From a virus (Duplodnaviria > Caudoviricetes), in IMG/VR virus record IMGVR_UViG_3300028805_000046, positions 1 through 64,000 of that record: DNA of 64,000 bases; one strand, 5' to 3'. A program made the translations under genes and the position numbers. Of this stretch, positions 28,589 through 37,484 are shown piece after piece (the first letter of the stretch is position 1; each line of letters opens with the position of its first letter). The notes beneath the pieces are model-generated. The model did no database searches and was not told where the DNA came from. It worked only from the letters and a program-made list of their open reading frames with translations.

Positions 28589-28899
28589 ACTTAAATGAAT
28601 ACTTTGAAAGAAATCCTGGAGTTGTAGAAAGGATAAAAGCAGGAAAGTATAGCAGAGAAACATGGGAAAGGGTGTTTCCAGACTTGTCCGCTGTTGCATG
28701 GTCTTCGTTTGTTACTAACTACTTAACTAAAACTGGAAAAGCATTTCTTGCTCCTGTAAGATCTAATGTTCGTTATGTAGTTATGTCTACCAAAGATTAT
28801 GAAGATCAGTTAGCAATCAATCAGAAATTTCAAAGAATGTACATTCAAGAAAAACGAGAAAAAGCATATCGTGAGGCTGCTGCACAATATGACTGTTGA
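28585..28899 (+). CDS. tag-family protein
   Basis: Ends AYREAAAQYDC*. Confidence 0.65.
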   Translation: MNLNEYFERNPGVVERIKAGKYSRETWERVFPDLSAVAWSSFVTNYLTKTGKAFLAPVRSNVRYVVMSTKDYEDQLAINQKFQRMYIQEKREKAYREAAAQYDC

Positions 28900-29158
28900 T
28901 GAGCTTTTATCTTTAGACCCTGATTTTGGTACTGAGGAAGATGCTGCACGCTTCTTAAAATGGAAAGTTCCAACATGGGCAACTTCTATTTCAGGTCATA
29001 AATTGGACTGTCATTGCTTATGTGAATTAAGATTTGGTGAACTTAGTGTTCAAGAATTTCGTGAATTAGAAGAAATGCATCGTAAAATACGTGCTTATTT
29101 TAAAAAGATTGAAAAAGAAACGGAAATTCGTAAGGCTGCTTTAAAGTATGACTGTTGA
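28889..29158 (+). CDS. tag-family protein (paralog of next gene)
   Basis: MTVDEL start; ends EIRKAALKYDC*. Confidence 0.65.
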   Translation: MTVDELLSLDPDFGTEEDAARFLKWKVPTWATSISGHKLDCHCLCELRFGELSVQEFRELEEMHRKIRAYFKKIEKETEIRKAALKYDC

Positions 29159-29408
29159 TGAATTAAGAAAATGGAATGGCATGAAGGATGATAAGAATGA
29201 CACATGGGCTCTGGAAAGAATGCTGAATGAATCTGTTCCTGTTTATGCCAGCCTCATCTCGACAAGAACTTTACATCCTACGACTTTTAGTGGATTGACG
29301 ATAAGAGATCTTAGCTTGGACGAACTGTTAGAATGCCAAAAGATTTTTGATACATTTGCGAAAGAAGTAAGAATAAGGAAAGCAAGCTATGCGTGGGAGA
29401 ACGATTGA
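29148..29408 (+). CDS. tag-family protein
   Basis: MTVDEL start; ends RIRKASYAWEND*. Confidence 0.65.
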   Translation: MTVDELRKWNGMKDDKNDTWALERMLNESVPVYASLISTRTLHPTTFSGLTIRDLSLDELLECQKIFDTFAKEVRIRKASYAWEND

Positions 29409-29640
29409 ATGGGAAGATGAAAAGCAGAAATCTCTTGTACAGAGCATTATAGACGCCTCACGTAAGATTTCAATGAATGCTGCCGGCCGCGGTAATTCAG
29501 GCATTATCTTTTCTCCTTATGTCGCTTCACTCTTTGAGGACGAGTACACCATGATTGATGTTTCTTCAGAAGAATACAAGAAGCAGCAGAAAGAACGACA
29601 TCAGCAAGAAATTAGAAAAGCTGCTGAGGAATGGAAATGA
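29389..29640 (+). CDS. tag-family protein carrying a gp23 major capsid fragment
   Basis: WEDEKQKSLVQSIIDASRKISMNAAGRGNSGIIFSPYVASLFE; ends EIRKAAEEWK*. Confidence 0.65.
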   Translation: MRGRTIEWEDEKQKSLVQSIIDASRKISMNAAGRGNSGIIFSPYVASLFEDEYTMIDVSSEEYKKQQKERHQQEIRKAAEEWK

Positions 29641-29933
29641 TAAATGATCAGTTTGACGCATTCACGAAGACTATAAAAGAGATTAGAAGCAATCTTGGTT
29701 ACATAAATGCTTCGCTTGAAGCAGTAAAATCAAATCTTACTAAATTGAATGATAAAATAGACACTGAAGAAAGTCTGTTAAAAATTCTTAAAGATGAAAT
29801 AACTCAGGAGATTGACAGAGACCTCATAAAGCAAATGATTCTTAATGATCCTGGCTCAAAAGAATGCAAAGCTCTTCAGAAAAAGAATCACATTCAAGAA
29901 ATTAAGGACGCTGCGAAAGAATATGAACTTTAA
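29637..29933 (+). CDS. tag-family protein carrying a gp23 helix fragment
   Basis: IDTEESLLKILKDEITQEIDRDLIKQM; ends EIKDAAKEYEL*. Confidence 0.65.
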   Translation: MINDQFDAFTKTIKEIRSNLGYINASLEAVKSNLTKLNDKIDTEESLLKILKDEITQEIDRDLIKQMILNDPGSKECKALQKKNHIQEIKDAAKEYEL

Positions 29934-30324
29934 AGAACTTACTGAAAAACTTAAAACTGTTCCTGATTTGGTATGCACCACGCTTGGTGGCGAAAATTCC
30001 TGGCAGCAAAAGATTTATTATCTAGCCAAATATTACAATGAAGAAGTCTACATGCCCGTATTCATTGTTGATGAAAGAAGAGAAACAGTTTTCATCAACC
30101 ACTTTCAGTATGAATATAGTTCAATGATGTTTAACGGCAACACTGCTTCTTATACAGACTTTGAAGACTTTTGGATGAATCTTGACGGCTGGATTCACAC
30201 CGTTGATAAAGAAGTCAGCGCAGCTATAGTTGAACAGCAGAATCATCAAAGAATGCTAACTGAACTGAAAAAAGAAAAGAAAGAGTATGCGATTCGTCAT
30301 GCCGCAGTAGAATGGAGCACTTAG
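29923..30324 (+). CDS. tag-family protein
   Basis: Ends AIRHAAVEWST*. Confidence 0.65.
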   Translation: MNFKELTEKLKTVPDLVCTTLGGENSWQQKIYYLAKYYNEEVYMPVFIVDERRETVFINHFQYEYSSMMFNGNTASYTDFEDFWMNLDGWIHTVDKEVSAAIVEQQNHQRMLTELKKEKKEYAIRHAAVEWST

Positions 30325-30377
30325 GAAAAAAATCATAGCTTTGTCTTTTCTTCAAAACTTTATTATATTTTTCCATG

Positions 30378-30385
30378 TATAAATA
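30378..30385 (+). promoter_or_regulatory. late promoter TATAAATA upstream of uvsX
   Basis: Exact T4 late consensus; an adjacent TATATT box lies just upstream. Confidence 0.55.
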
Positions 30386-30444
30386 ATGTACCGATCATTG
30401 GTAGTCGGTCGTTATTTAGCAATTATTAAGCATGGAGAAATAAA

Positions 30445-31626
30445 ATGGCAAAGAAACAAAGCAACGCATTCATAGCAAAGATCAAGAGAGACAAAGCATT
30501 TGCAGATATTCTTTCTGCAGACAATTTTGAGGAACAGTTCGTTTCCACTAACTGTGGACCTGTAAACGTCCTTTTCTCAGGACGAGTAAAGAATGGTGGT
30601 ATCAAGAAAGGATGTATGGTTACCATCGCTGCTGACTCTAAGCAGGGTAAGTCACTTATCGGTTTGAACCTTCTTGCTGAAGCATATAAGAGCGGCATGT
30701 CTTGTATCGTTATAGATTCCGAAAACGCATTTAACACAAGATTGGCAAGAATGCTTGGTGTTGATACAGACGACATCGTTGTGTTCAAGACTTCCCGTAT
30801 TCCTGAAATTAAACAAATCTTCGCTCGTGTCAATAACGGTTTGACTCGTGCAGAATCTCGTGAAATCTTTATTCTTCTTGACTCCTGGGGTCCGCTTGTT
30901 GAAGAACAAGTTCTTGAAAAAGCAGCTCAGGCATCTTCCGCTGTGAACATGTCTGGTGCAAGATTCAAGAACGAACTTGCAAACGTCATCAACGCTTATG
31001 GTAACACGACTTTCATCGTCAACCACGTCTATGACACAATGGACCCATATTCCCCAACTGGTAAGTTCGCAATTCCTGGTGGTAAGCGTCTTGTATTCAA
31101 CTCTGACGCAATCGTTCTTGCATCATCTTCTGCTAAGGCAAAGGACTCTGACGGCGCCATCTATGGTAAGATCATTACTGCTGCTGTTTCTAAGGGCCGT
31201 AATGCTAAGGAATTTAAGAAGTTGAAGTTCTTGATTGAATTGGACGGCGGTATCAACCCTTACTATGGCTTGCTTGAAGAAGCAATTGAGTCGGGTGTCG
31301 TTGTTAAGCAGAAGAAAGGTGTCTCAAACGTCTTTGTTCGTCCTAAGTATGACACTGATGGACGTGAATGGAAGGAAAAGGAACTTTACTGTGCGAAGTT
31401 CTGGGTTCCTGTCTTCGCTGATGATGCTTTCAATGATTTCCTTGAAAGAAAGTTCTCGTTTGAAGAAACTGTACTTACTTCTTCAAAGGAAAACATCAAC
31501 GATATGATTGCCGCAGGCGACTGGGACAATCTTCCGGATAACTCTTTGACTTCCAAGCAGGAAACTGAAAATCCTGAAATTCCTGATGAAGATGAACCGT
31601 TTACTTTTGACGTTGATAAAGACTAA
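30445..31626 (+). CDS. uvsX: RecA-like recombinase UvsX
   Basis: AADSKQGKS Walker A variant, IDSE, LLDSWG, VNHVY, PGGK. Confidence 0.92.
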   Translation: MAKKQSNAFIAKIKRDKAFADILSADNFEEQFVSTNCGPVNVLFSGRVKNGGIKKGCMVTIAADSKQGKSLIGLNLLAEAYKSGMSCIVIDSENAFNTRLARMLGVDTDDIVVFKTSRIPEIKQIFARVNNGLTRAESREIFILLDSWGPLVEEQVLEKAAQASSAVNMSGARFKNELANVINAYGNTTFIVNHVYDTMDPYSPTGKFAIPGGKRLVFNSDAIVLASSSAKAKDSDGAIYGKIITAAVSKGRNAKEFKKLKFLIELDGGINPYYGLLEEAIESGVVVKQKKGVSNVFVRPKYDTDGREWKEKELYCAKFWVPVFADDAFNDFLERKFSFEETVLTSSKENINDMIAAGDWDNLPDNSLTSKQETENPEIPDEDEPFTFDVDKD

Positions 31627-31643
31627 TTAGAAAGACGGTCTCA

Positions 31644-31679
31644 TGGGTGGGCAGAAAAATTTTGCCCACCCGTTTTTTT
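31644..31679 (+). terminator. intrinsic terminator
   Basis: GGGTGGGCA/TGCCCACCC stem + T tract. Confidence 0.75.
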
Positions 31680-31724
31680 ATGTAAAAAGTTATTATATTT
31701 TGTCAAAGTAAAAGGAGATTTAGT

Positions 31725-32285
31725 ATGATCATTGTGATAGAAGGTCCTAACAGAGTAGGAAAAAGCACGCAGATCGCTAATCTCAAGAATTATTACGAAA
31801 GCAAAGGAATGCGTGTTCATGTAATTCATTATGAACATATTCACCTTGACCCGACAAGAACTTATACTCCCGAAGCGATGAAGGATATGGCGACTGTCCG
31901 TTATGATGATATGTTGAAACTTGCAAATGAATTCGCAAAAGATCCGATGTCCGTAATCATTTTTGATAGAGCGCATCTTGGTGAACACGTCTATGGACCC
32001 AAGTATAGAGATTATTCTGGTGAATATGTCTTTGAACTTGAAAAGAAATATCCAGAATTTCTTCAGAACGCCTATGAATTTGTTTTCATCGATGACGCAG
32101 AAAATCTTTTAGCACGTGAAGATGGACTGAGCCCGACACAAGGTCTTGAACAGAAGAAGTATGAATTGAGTTCATTCATTGATGCTTTTGTGAGAAGCAA
32201 TGTTCATCATAAAGCACTTATTAGATTGTCTGCAATCGGCGATGCAGATGCAGTATGGAAACACATTAAGGAGATGATAGTATGA
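31725..32285 (+). CDS. thymidylate-kinase-like dNMP kinase
   Basis: IEGPNRVGKST, IFDRAHLGE.VY. Confidence 0.88.
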   Translation: MIIVIEGPNRVGKSTQIANLKNYYESKGMRVHVIHYEHIHLDPTRTYTPEAMKDMATVRYDDMLKLANEFAKDPMSVIIFDRAHLGEHVYGPKYRDYSGEYVFELEKKYPEFLQNAYEFVFIDDAENLLAREDGLSPTQGLEQKKYELSSFIDAFVRSNVHHKALIRLSAIGDADAVWKHIKEMIV

Positions 32286-33034
32286 TTAAAGACTTTGAAA
32301 TGAAAGAAGATTTGACAGTGCAGTCAAGAACAGGTCGTGGAAATAACACAACTATTAAAGATGATGCACTTATGCCGCTTGCATACAAGTATATGAATGG
32401 CGAGAAAGTAGGTAATACTTGGGAGATCATTGATGCACATTTGACTCTCAATCCGTATCAGCCTTACTTGTCAATCTTTGGCCGACCGTTTAAAAAGGAC
32501 TATCTTGAAAAGGAACACAAGTGGTACATGTCTCAAGATCTTTCTATCAAAGGATGGATGGACGACATCAAGATCTGGAACTGGTGTGCATCAAAAGATG
32601 ACAAGCAGCTCATCAACTCAAATTATGGTTGGTGCGTCTTCAGTGCAGAAAATGGCAATCAGTATGAAAATTGCCTGAAGAAACTTACAGAAGATGTCAA
32701 CACAAGAGAAGCGTTGATGATCTATACTCGTCCTTCAATGCATCACGATGCGATTGAAAATGGCAAGCATGATTTCATGTGTACTGTTTCCGCACAGTTG
32801 ATGATTAGAGACAATACACTTCAGTACATTGTAACCCAAAGATCTTGCGACATCGTAACAGGTTTGTCATTTGACTTCCCTTGGCACTGTTTTGTCTATC
32901 AGATGATGTATGAAGAACTTAAGAAGAAGTATCCGAACTTGGCAAAAGGCAGCATCTTCTATAATGTCGGTTCGCTTCACATTTATGAAAGACATGAAAA
33001 CCTTTTGAAATCATTCGTTGCTTACGAGATGTAA
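32282..33034 (+). CDS. 42: dCMP hydroxymethylase (ThyA fold, T4 gp42-like)
   Basis: NSNYGW, TREA..IY.RP, DFMCT catalytic Cys, RSCD...GLSFD (Asp at the dCMP/dUMP discriminator), SLHIYE. Confidence 0.85.
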   Translation: MIKDFEMKEDLTVQSRTGRGNNTTIKDDALMPLAYKYMNGEKVGNTWEIIDAHLTLNPYQPYLSIFGRPFKKDYLEKEHKWYMSQDLSIKGWMDDIKIWNWCASKDDKQLINSNYGWCVFSAENGNQYENCLKKLTEDVNTREALMIYTRPSMHHDAIENGKHDFMCTVSAQLMIRDNTLQYIVTQRSCDIVTGLSFDFPWHCFVYQMMYEELKKKYPNLAKGSIFYNVGSLHIYERHENLLKSFVAYEM

Positions 33035-33037
33035 TAA

Positions 33038-34399
33038 ATGAAATCAGCTGAATTTGAAAGAATTATCATCAAAGCACTTTATGTGAACGATAATGCTCGT
33101 TCAAAGATTCTTCCGTATCTCGACTTAAAGTGGTTCTTTGATGTTGATAACAAGATTATCATTAAAAGTATTCTTGACTTTACAGCTTCATTCAACACTA
33201 TGCCGTCTGTCATTGAGACAAAGAGAATGATCAAAGATGACCAGACGGAAGGTGTCTTTGATCTTATCATGGCTATCAAAGATGAAGAAGTACAGACCGA
33301 ATACATTCTAGACGAGATTGAAGAATTTGTCCGTCGTAAATTGATTTACCGTGCTTGTGAAAATGGCATGAAATATGTGACGACGGGTGAAAAGACTGCT
33401 GAGGCTATTTCAGACGAGATGGCAGAAGCAGAAGCGTTTTCTTTCAACGCAAATGTTGGATTTGATTTCTTTGCAGATCCTGACCGTTTGTATGAAGACG
33501 CTAACACGAAAGAAAAGCTCTGGAACACAGGAATTAAAGCAATTAACGATATTCTTGTTGGTGGACTTCATGAAAAGTCATTGAACTTGTTTATGGCGCC
33601 GACGAACATTGGTAAGACTTTGATTATGTGCTCGCTTGCGACTAACTTGATTTTGAATGGACACAATGTTCTTTACATAACATTTGAAGATCCTGAAAAC
33701 AAGATTGCTGCTCGTGTTGCTCAGAATATGTTCAACGTGACCCAGCAAGAATTTAAGTTGATGTCTCGTGATAACTTCAATAAGGCATTTGCCAATATCA
33801 TGAGCAAGACTTCTGGAAGATTCCTCATCAAGGAAATGCCAGAATATACAGTCAACGCACTTCAACTTAACGCATTCTTGAAAGAGCTTAAAGAAAAGAA
33901 GGGCTTCATTCCTGATGTAGTTTTCATTGACTATATTGGGTGTATGATTCCGAACGGCCGTCCGAACGCAAACTTGAACACTAACACTACTTTGCAGCTC
34001 ATCGCTGCTCAGACTCGTGCTCTTGCTCAGGTTCATGGCTTCCCGATTGTCAGCGGTTTGCAGACTAACCGTGGAGGTAACGGAATTGCAGAACTTTCAT
34101 TGTCTGATGTATCTGACTCTTATTCATCAACTATGAAGGCAGACTCGATTTTCGGTGTTACTCAGCCTGATGATATGCAGCAACAGAACTGCTATTGCAT
34201 GAAGTTGTTGAAGACTCGTTATGGCGGTAAGAACCGTGGCGCTACATTCCTTGTCGGCGTGGACACTGAAAGACAGAGAATTTACGATGTCTCTCAGGAT
34301 AAAGTAAAGAATGATACTGTAAGCCTCTTTGACACTGAAAAGATTTCGCACAGCGATGGTCATGTTGACCTAGAGGCGCAAGATATTGATTATCTTTAA
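33038..34399 (+). CDS. 41: replicative DnaB-like helicase (gp41)
   Basis: APTNIGKT, YITFE, FIDYIG, QTNR, LLKTRYG. Confidence 0.93.
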   Translation: MKSAEFERIIIKALYVNDNARSKILPYLDLKWFFDVDNKIIIKSILDFTASFNTMPSVIETKRMIKDDQTEGVFDLIMAIKDEEVQTEYILDEIEEFVRRKLIYRACENGMKYVTTGEKTAEAISDEMAEAEAFSFNANVGFDFFADPDRLYEDANTKEKLWNTGIKAINDILVGGLHEKSLNLFMAPTNIGKTLIMCSLATNLILNGHNVLYITFEDPENKIAARVAQNMFNVTQQEFKLMSRDNFNKAFANIMSKTSGRFLIKEMPEYTVNALQLNAFLKELKEKKGFIPDVVFIDYIGCMIPNGRPNANLNTNTTLQLIAAQTRALAQVHGFPIVSGLQTNRGGNGIAELSLSDVSDSYSSTMKADSIFGVTQPDDMQQQNCYCMKLLKTRYGGKNRGATFLVGVDTERQRIYDVSQDKVKNDTVSLFDTEKISHSDGHVDLEAQDIDYL

Positions 34400-34411
34400 G
34401 GAGAACTAAAA

Positions 34412-34825
34412 ATGGACTATTTCAATTCTTTGCTGTCTGACTGGGAAGACGGTCAGGCGCTTGAAAGAAAACAGAATCGTGCTACATTCTACAAGTTCAT
34501 GAAAGAACGTGGCTTTGATTTTGAAGACATCGATGAATACACAAGATTGCCCAAGTCAATCGTTCCAGTAACGGAAGGCGATGCGGACGATCTTCATAAA
34601 TTCAATGCAGCGATTGCAGACTTACATAAAAAGAAGCTCGTCAACATCGCTGACTCATTGACTTATCTTACAGGAGATTATTTTGATGAAAAGTCAATGT
34701 TGAAGTATCTCGATGAACTTAACTTTTACTCTCTTAAACAGGAATTGCTTAAACGCCATCACCTGAAGAAAGAGGAAAATGAATCTACTTTGATGGACTT
34801 TTTTGAAAATGCTGACGACGAGTAA
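34412..34825 (+). CDS. possible late-transcription co-activator (gp33-like)
   Basis: Position matches T4 33-59-32 order; C-terminal TLMDFF clamp-binding-like motif. Confidence 0.4.
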   Translation: MDYFNSLLSDWEDGQALERKQNRATFYKFMKERGFDFEDIDEYTRLPKSIVPVTEGDADDLHKFNAAIADLHKKKLVNIADSLTYLTGDYFDEKSMLKYLDELNFYSLKQELLKRHHLKKEENESTLMDFFENADDE

Positions 34826-35450
34826 AGAACTTTATCATTTCTGGACCCTCTTTTCTAAGCTTCTTAGCAAGAAGGAGGACCCAGAGCCCATCGTTAGAAA
34901 ATTCATGAAGAAATCTTTTGAGGAAATCTTGAAAGAAGATTTTTATGAAACACCTAACATGGCTAAAGGTTACATCGCTTTTGTGGATCTTGCAAATGCG
35001 ATAAGTATGAAACAGTTTGACTTTACAGATTGGATTTACATCTGTGTGGGTGATTTTTTGAGAGATGGAAGCGTTAAGAAAAAAAACATAACTAATCCCT
35101 CTTATGTCAAAAAATTTATTAAATTTTACTCTGTAAACGGAAAAACTGAACAACTTGAAGTAATAAATAAATTGCGAATGGAATCGGAAAAACAGATTGA
35201 AGACAATCCGTTTGCCGCTTTCACTGGCAACCAATTTGACCTATATAAAGTCAATGAAAAGCAAAAGAACAAGCTTTATGAATTGATTAGAAATGGGACT
35301 TTAAGTTTTTGGTTTTGGTTTGATGGAATAGACAATCACAAGTTTGACATCGACGAAACCAAAATTGATGATCCAGATTATTTTCGTTTCTTAAGGCTTA
35401 TGCGAATAATAAGACAAGTCAATAAAAAGGCGAACATTAAGGAGAAATAA
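34809..35450 (+). CDS. possible helicase loader (gp59-like)
   Basis: Size ~213 aa, basic, immediately upstream of gp32; synteny only. Confidence 0.4.
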   Translation: MLTTSKELYHFWTLFSKLLSKKEDPEPIVRKFMKKSFEEILKEDFYETPNMAKGYIAFVDLANAISMKQFDFTDWIYICVGDFLRDGSVKKKNITNPSYVKKFIKFYSVNGKTEQLEVINKLRMESEKQIEDNPFAAFTGNQFDLYKVNEKQKNKLYELIRNGTLSFWFWFDGIDNHKFDIDETKIDDPDYFRFLRLMRIIRQVNKKANIKEK

Positions 35451-35452
35451 TT

Positions 35453-36466
35453 ATGCCACAGAAAAGAGACCTAAATTCCTACTTTGCAGACATCAACGCA
35501 GCAGTCGCAGATCAAGAAAAGAAGCCACAGAAGAAGCTTAAATCTTGGAAGATTGAAAACGTCTTCACTCCGACTTATAAGGACAACAAGTTCAGCGTTG
35601 TTATCAGATTCCTTCCTTCACATCCTGACGAAGTAAAACCATTCGTTGAAAACCGCAAGCACTCTATCAAGTTGCCAAATGATAAGTGGTTCATTACTGA
35701 ATGCTTGACCAAGTTTGGCAAGCCTTGCCCAATCTGCCAACATAACCGTGAACTCTACAAGAAGCTCCCTAAGGAAGAAGCATCTAAGCTTTCTTTGGGT
35801 AAGGGTAAGAGCCGTTACATCTGTAACATTCTTGTTGTTCGTAACGCAAACAATGCCGATACAGAAGGTAAGGTATTCCGCTTCGAGTTCGGTCCGCAGA
35901 TCATGAAGATGATCTCGTTGGCAACCAAGAGCCGTGAAGATGAACTTCAGGGAAAGATTGATGGATTCAACCCATTTGACTGGTATGAAGGTGCAGACTT
36001 TGTTTACACCGGCGTCATGGGATCCAATGGTCCTAAGCTTGATGATTCCCACTTCGGTCAGCCAGGTCCGATTGACCGTTATGATCCGAAGACCAAGAAG
36101 TTCGTTCCACTTACTCCGGCTGAAGTAGACGCTATTGAAGCACAGCTTTATCGCCTTGATGAATGCTACAACAAGGAAGATGAAGTCATGGACTTCAACA
36201 AGATCTGCGAAAAGTGGAAGGAAAAGACCGGCGAAGATCTTCTTTCTGGAGAAGCAACCGCCGCAGGTACCGCAGGCGTTTCGCTTGCATCAACAAATCC
36301 GTTCTCTGAGAGCGCAAAACCGGCAGCTCCGGCACCAGCATCAAATGATGACTTCAACTTTGATGAACCTGCGCCTACTACCAAGAAGAACATCAATGTA
36401 AATTCAGTTCCAGAAATTTCTGACGATGCTTTCTTTGCAGAAGCAGATGAAGCCTTCAAGGACTAA
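35453..36466 (+). CDS. 32: single-stranded DNA binding protein (gp32)
   Basis: VIRFLP, C....G.PCPIC, Y.CNILVV, EGKVF.FEFG, NPFD..EGADF, acidic tail. Confidence 0.93.
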   Translation: MPQKRDLNSYFADINAAVADQEKKPQKKLKSWKIENVFTPTYKDNKFSVVIRFLPSHPDEVKPFVENRKHSIKLPNDKWFITECLTKFGKPCPICQHNRELYKKLPKEEASKLSLGKGKSRYICNILVVRNANNADTEGKVFRFEFGPQIMKMISLATKSREDELQGKIDGFNPFDWYEGADFVYTGVMGSNGPKLDDSHFGQPGPIDRYDPKTKKFVPLTPAEVDAIEAQLYRLDECYNKEDEVMDFNKICEKWKEKTGEDLLSGEATAAGTAGVSLASTNPFSESAKPAAPAPASNDDFNFDEPAPTTKKNINVNSVPEISDDAFFAEADEAFKD

Positions 36467-36487
36467 TCAACGTTAGAAAGATTTTTC

Positions 36488-36517
36488 ATGGGAGCCTTCA
36501 TCGGGCTCCCATTTTTT
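36488..36517 (+). terminator. intrinsic terminator
   Basis: ATGGGAGCC/GGCTCCCAT stem + T tract. Confidence 0.75.
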
Positions 36518-36544
36518 ATTATTTTTTGTCTAAAGGAGTAAATC

Positions 36545-37471
36545 ATGGCAGACTTTTATGACGAGAATTTAAGAGTGTTGAATTTCACTCACATTGACTT
36601 TGATGGCGTCGTTTCTGGCATCGTTATTAAGAATTATTTTAAAAATGTAATTACTGAACAAGTCAATTACGGAAATGAACAGCAAATCATCGCAAAGGTG
36701 AATAAGTACAAAGGCAAATTTGATGCAATTATCTTCACTGACTTCTGTCCAACTGAAGGAGGTCCGGGAATATTGAAGAATGCGATTGAAGAAATCAAAG
36801 TAGTTGCTGAAGTACCTATTCTGGTTCTTGACCATCACGAATCCGCTTTAAAGTATAATGACCCGCCTAATAACATCTACATCAACTTGAAGTATTCAGG
36901 CTGTATGCTTGCTTACAAGTACTTCTCTGTGAAGAAAGATCTTTCACATTTGCAGGAACTTGTAAGTATCGCTAATGATTATGACCTCTTCACTTTGCAG
37001 GACAAGCGCTCAATGCTCTTCAATGCTTTGATGTGGCAGATGGGTTTCAACTGGTTCTTCGCAAGATTCAAGCATGGAAAGATTGCTTTGTATGATGAAG
37101 AGAAAGAGTGGCTTAAGGAATACATTCAGGAAGTAAAGAAGCAGTACGATGAACTTCCAATTAGCGACCTTGCTCATAATGGTTGCTTCTATGAATGTGA
37201 GAAATACTTGGCAGAAATGTCAGTCAGACTTTCAAAAGAAGGCTATAAGTATCAGGTCATTAAGCACGGAAATTCATTGTCTATCCGTTCAAATACAGAT
37301 GACATCAACCTCGTTGAAGTCTGCAAGTTCATTGGACGTGGTGGCGGACATCGTAGAGCTGCAGGTATTCCGATCTTCTATGGTGAAGACATTAAGCAAC
37401 TTGTTGAAAAGGTGACATTTGCTGTTGAGCATGTGCTCAACTATGGTGGCAATAAAGAACTTCCATTCTAA
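36545..37471 (+). CDS. DHH-family phosphoesterase
   Basis: THIDFDG, FTD, LDHH, SIRS, GGGHRRAAG. Confidence 0.9.
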   Translation: MADFYDENLRVLNFTHIDFDGVVSGIVIKNYFKNVITEQVNYGNEQQIIAKVNKYKGKFDAIIFTDFCPTEGGPGILKNAIEEIKVVAEVPILVLDHHESALKYNDPPNNIYINLKYSGCMLAYKYFSVKKDLSHLQELVSIANDYDLFTLQDKRSMLFNALMWQMGFNWFFARFKHGKIALYDEEKEWLKEYIQEVKKQYDELPISDLAHNGCFYECEKYLAEMSVRLSKEGYKYQVIKHGNSLSIRSNTDDINLVEVCKFIGRGGGHRRAAGIPIFYGEDIKQLVEKVTFAVEHVLNYGGNKELPF

Positions 37472-37484
37472 CTAAGGAGAAACT

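Noticed and set aside
29389-29933. Pseudogenised major capsid gene
   Set aside because: Fragments are in reversed order, each within an intact ORF with its own RBS and tag, and the intervening gp23 sequence is absent.
28403-30324. C-terminal tag as a by-product of overlapping RBS/start codons (e.g. att-aag-gac, tATGac)
   Set aside because: The overlap does contribute in some members, but the motif persists in 29923, 25328, 27211 and 57772, which have no overlapping downstream start.
32282-33034. Ordinary thymidylate synthase thyA
   Set aside because: Asp discriminator and DFMCT motif indicate dCMP specificity, and ThyX is present.
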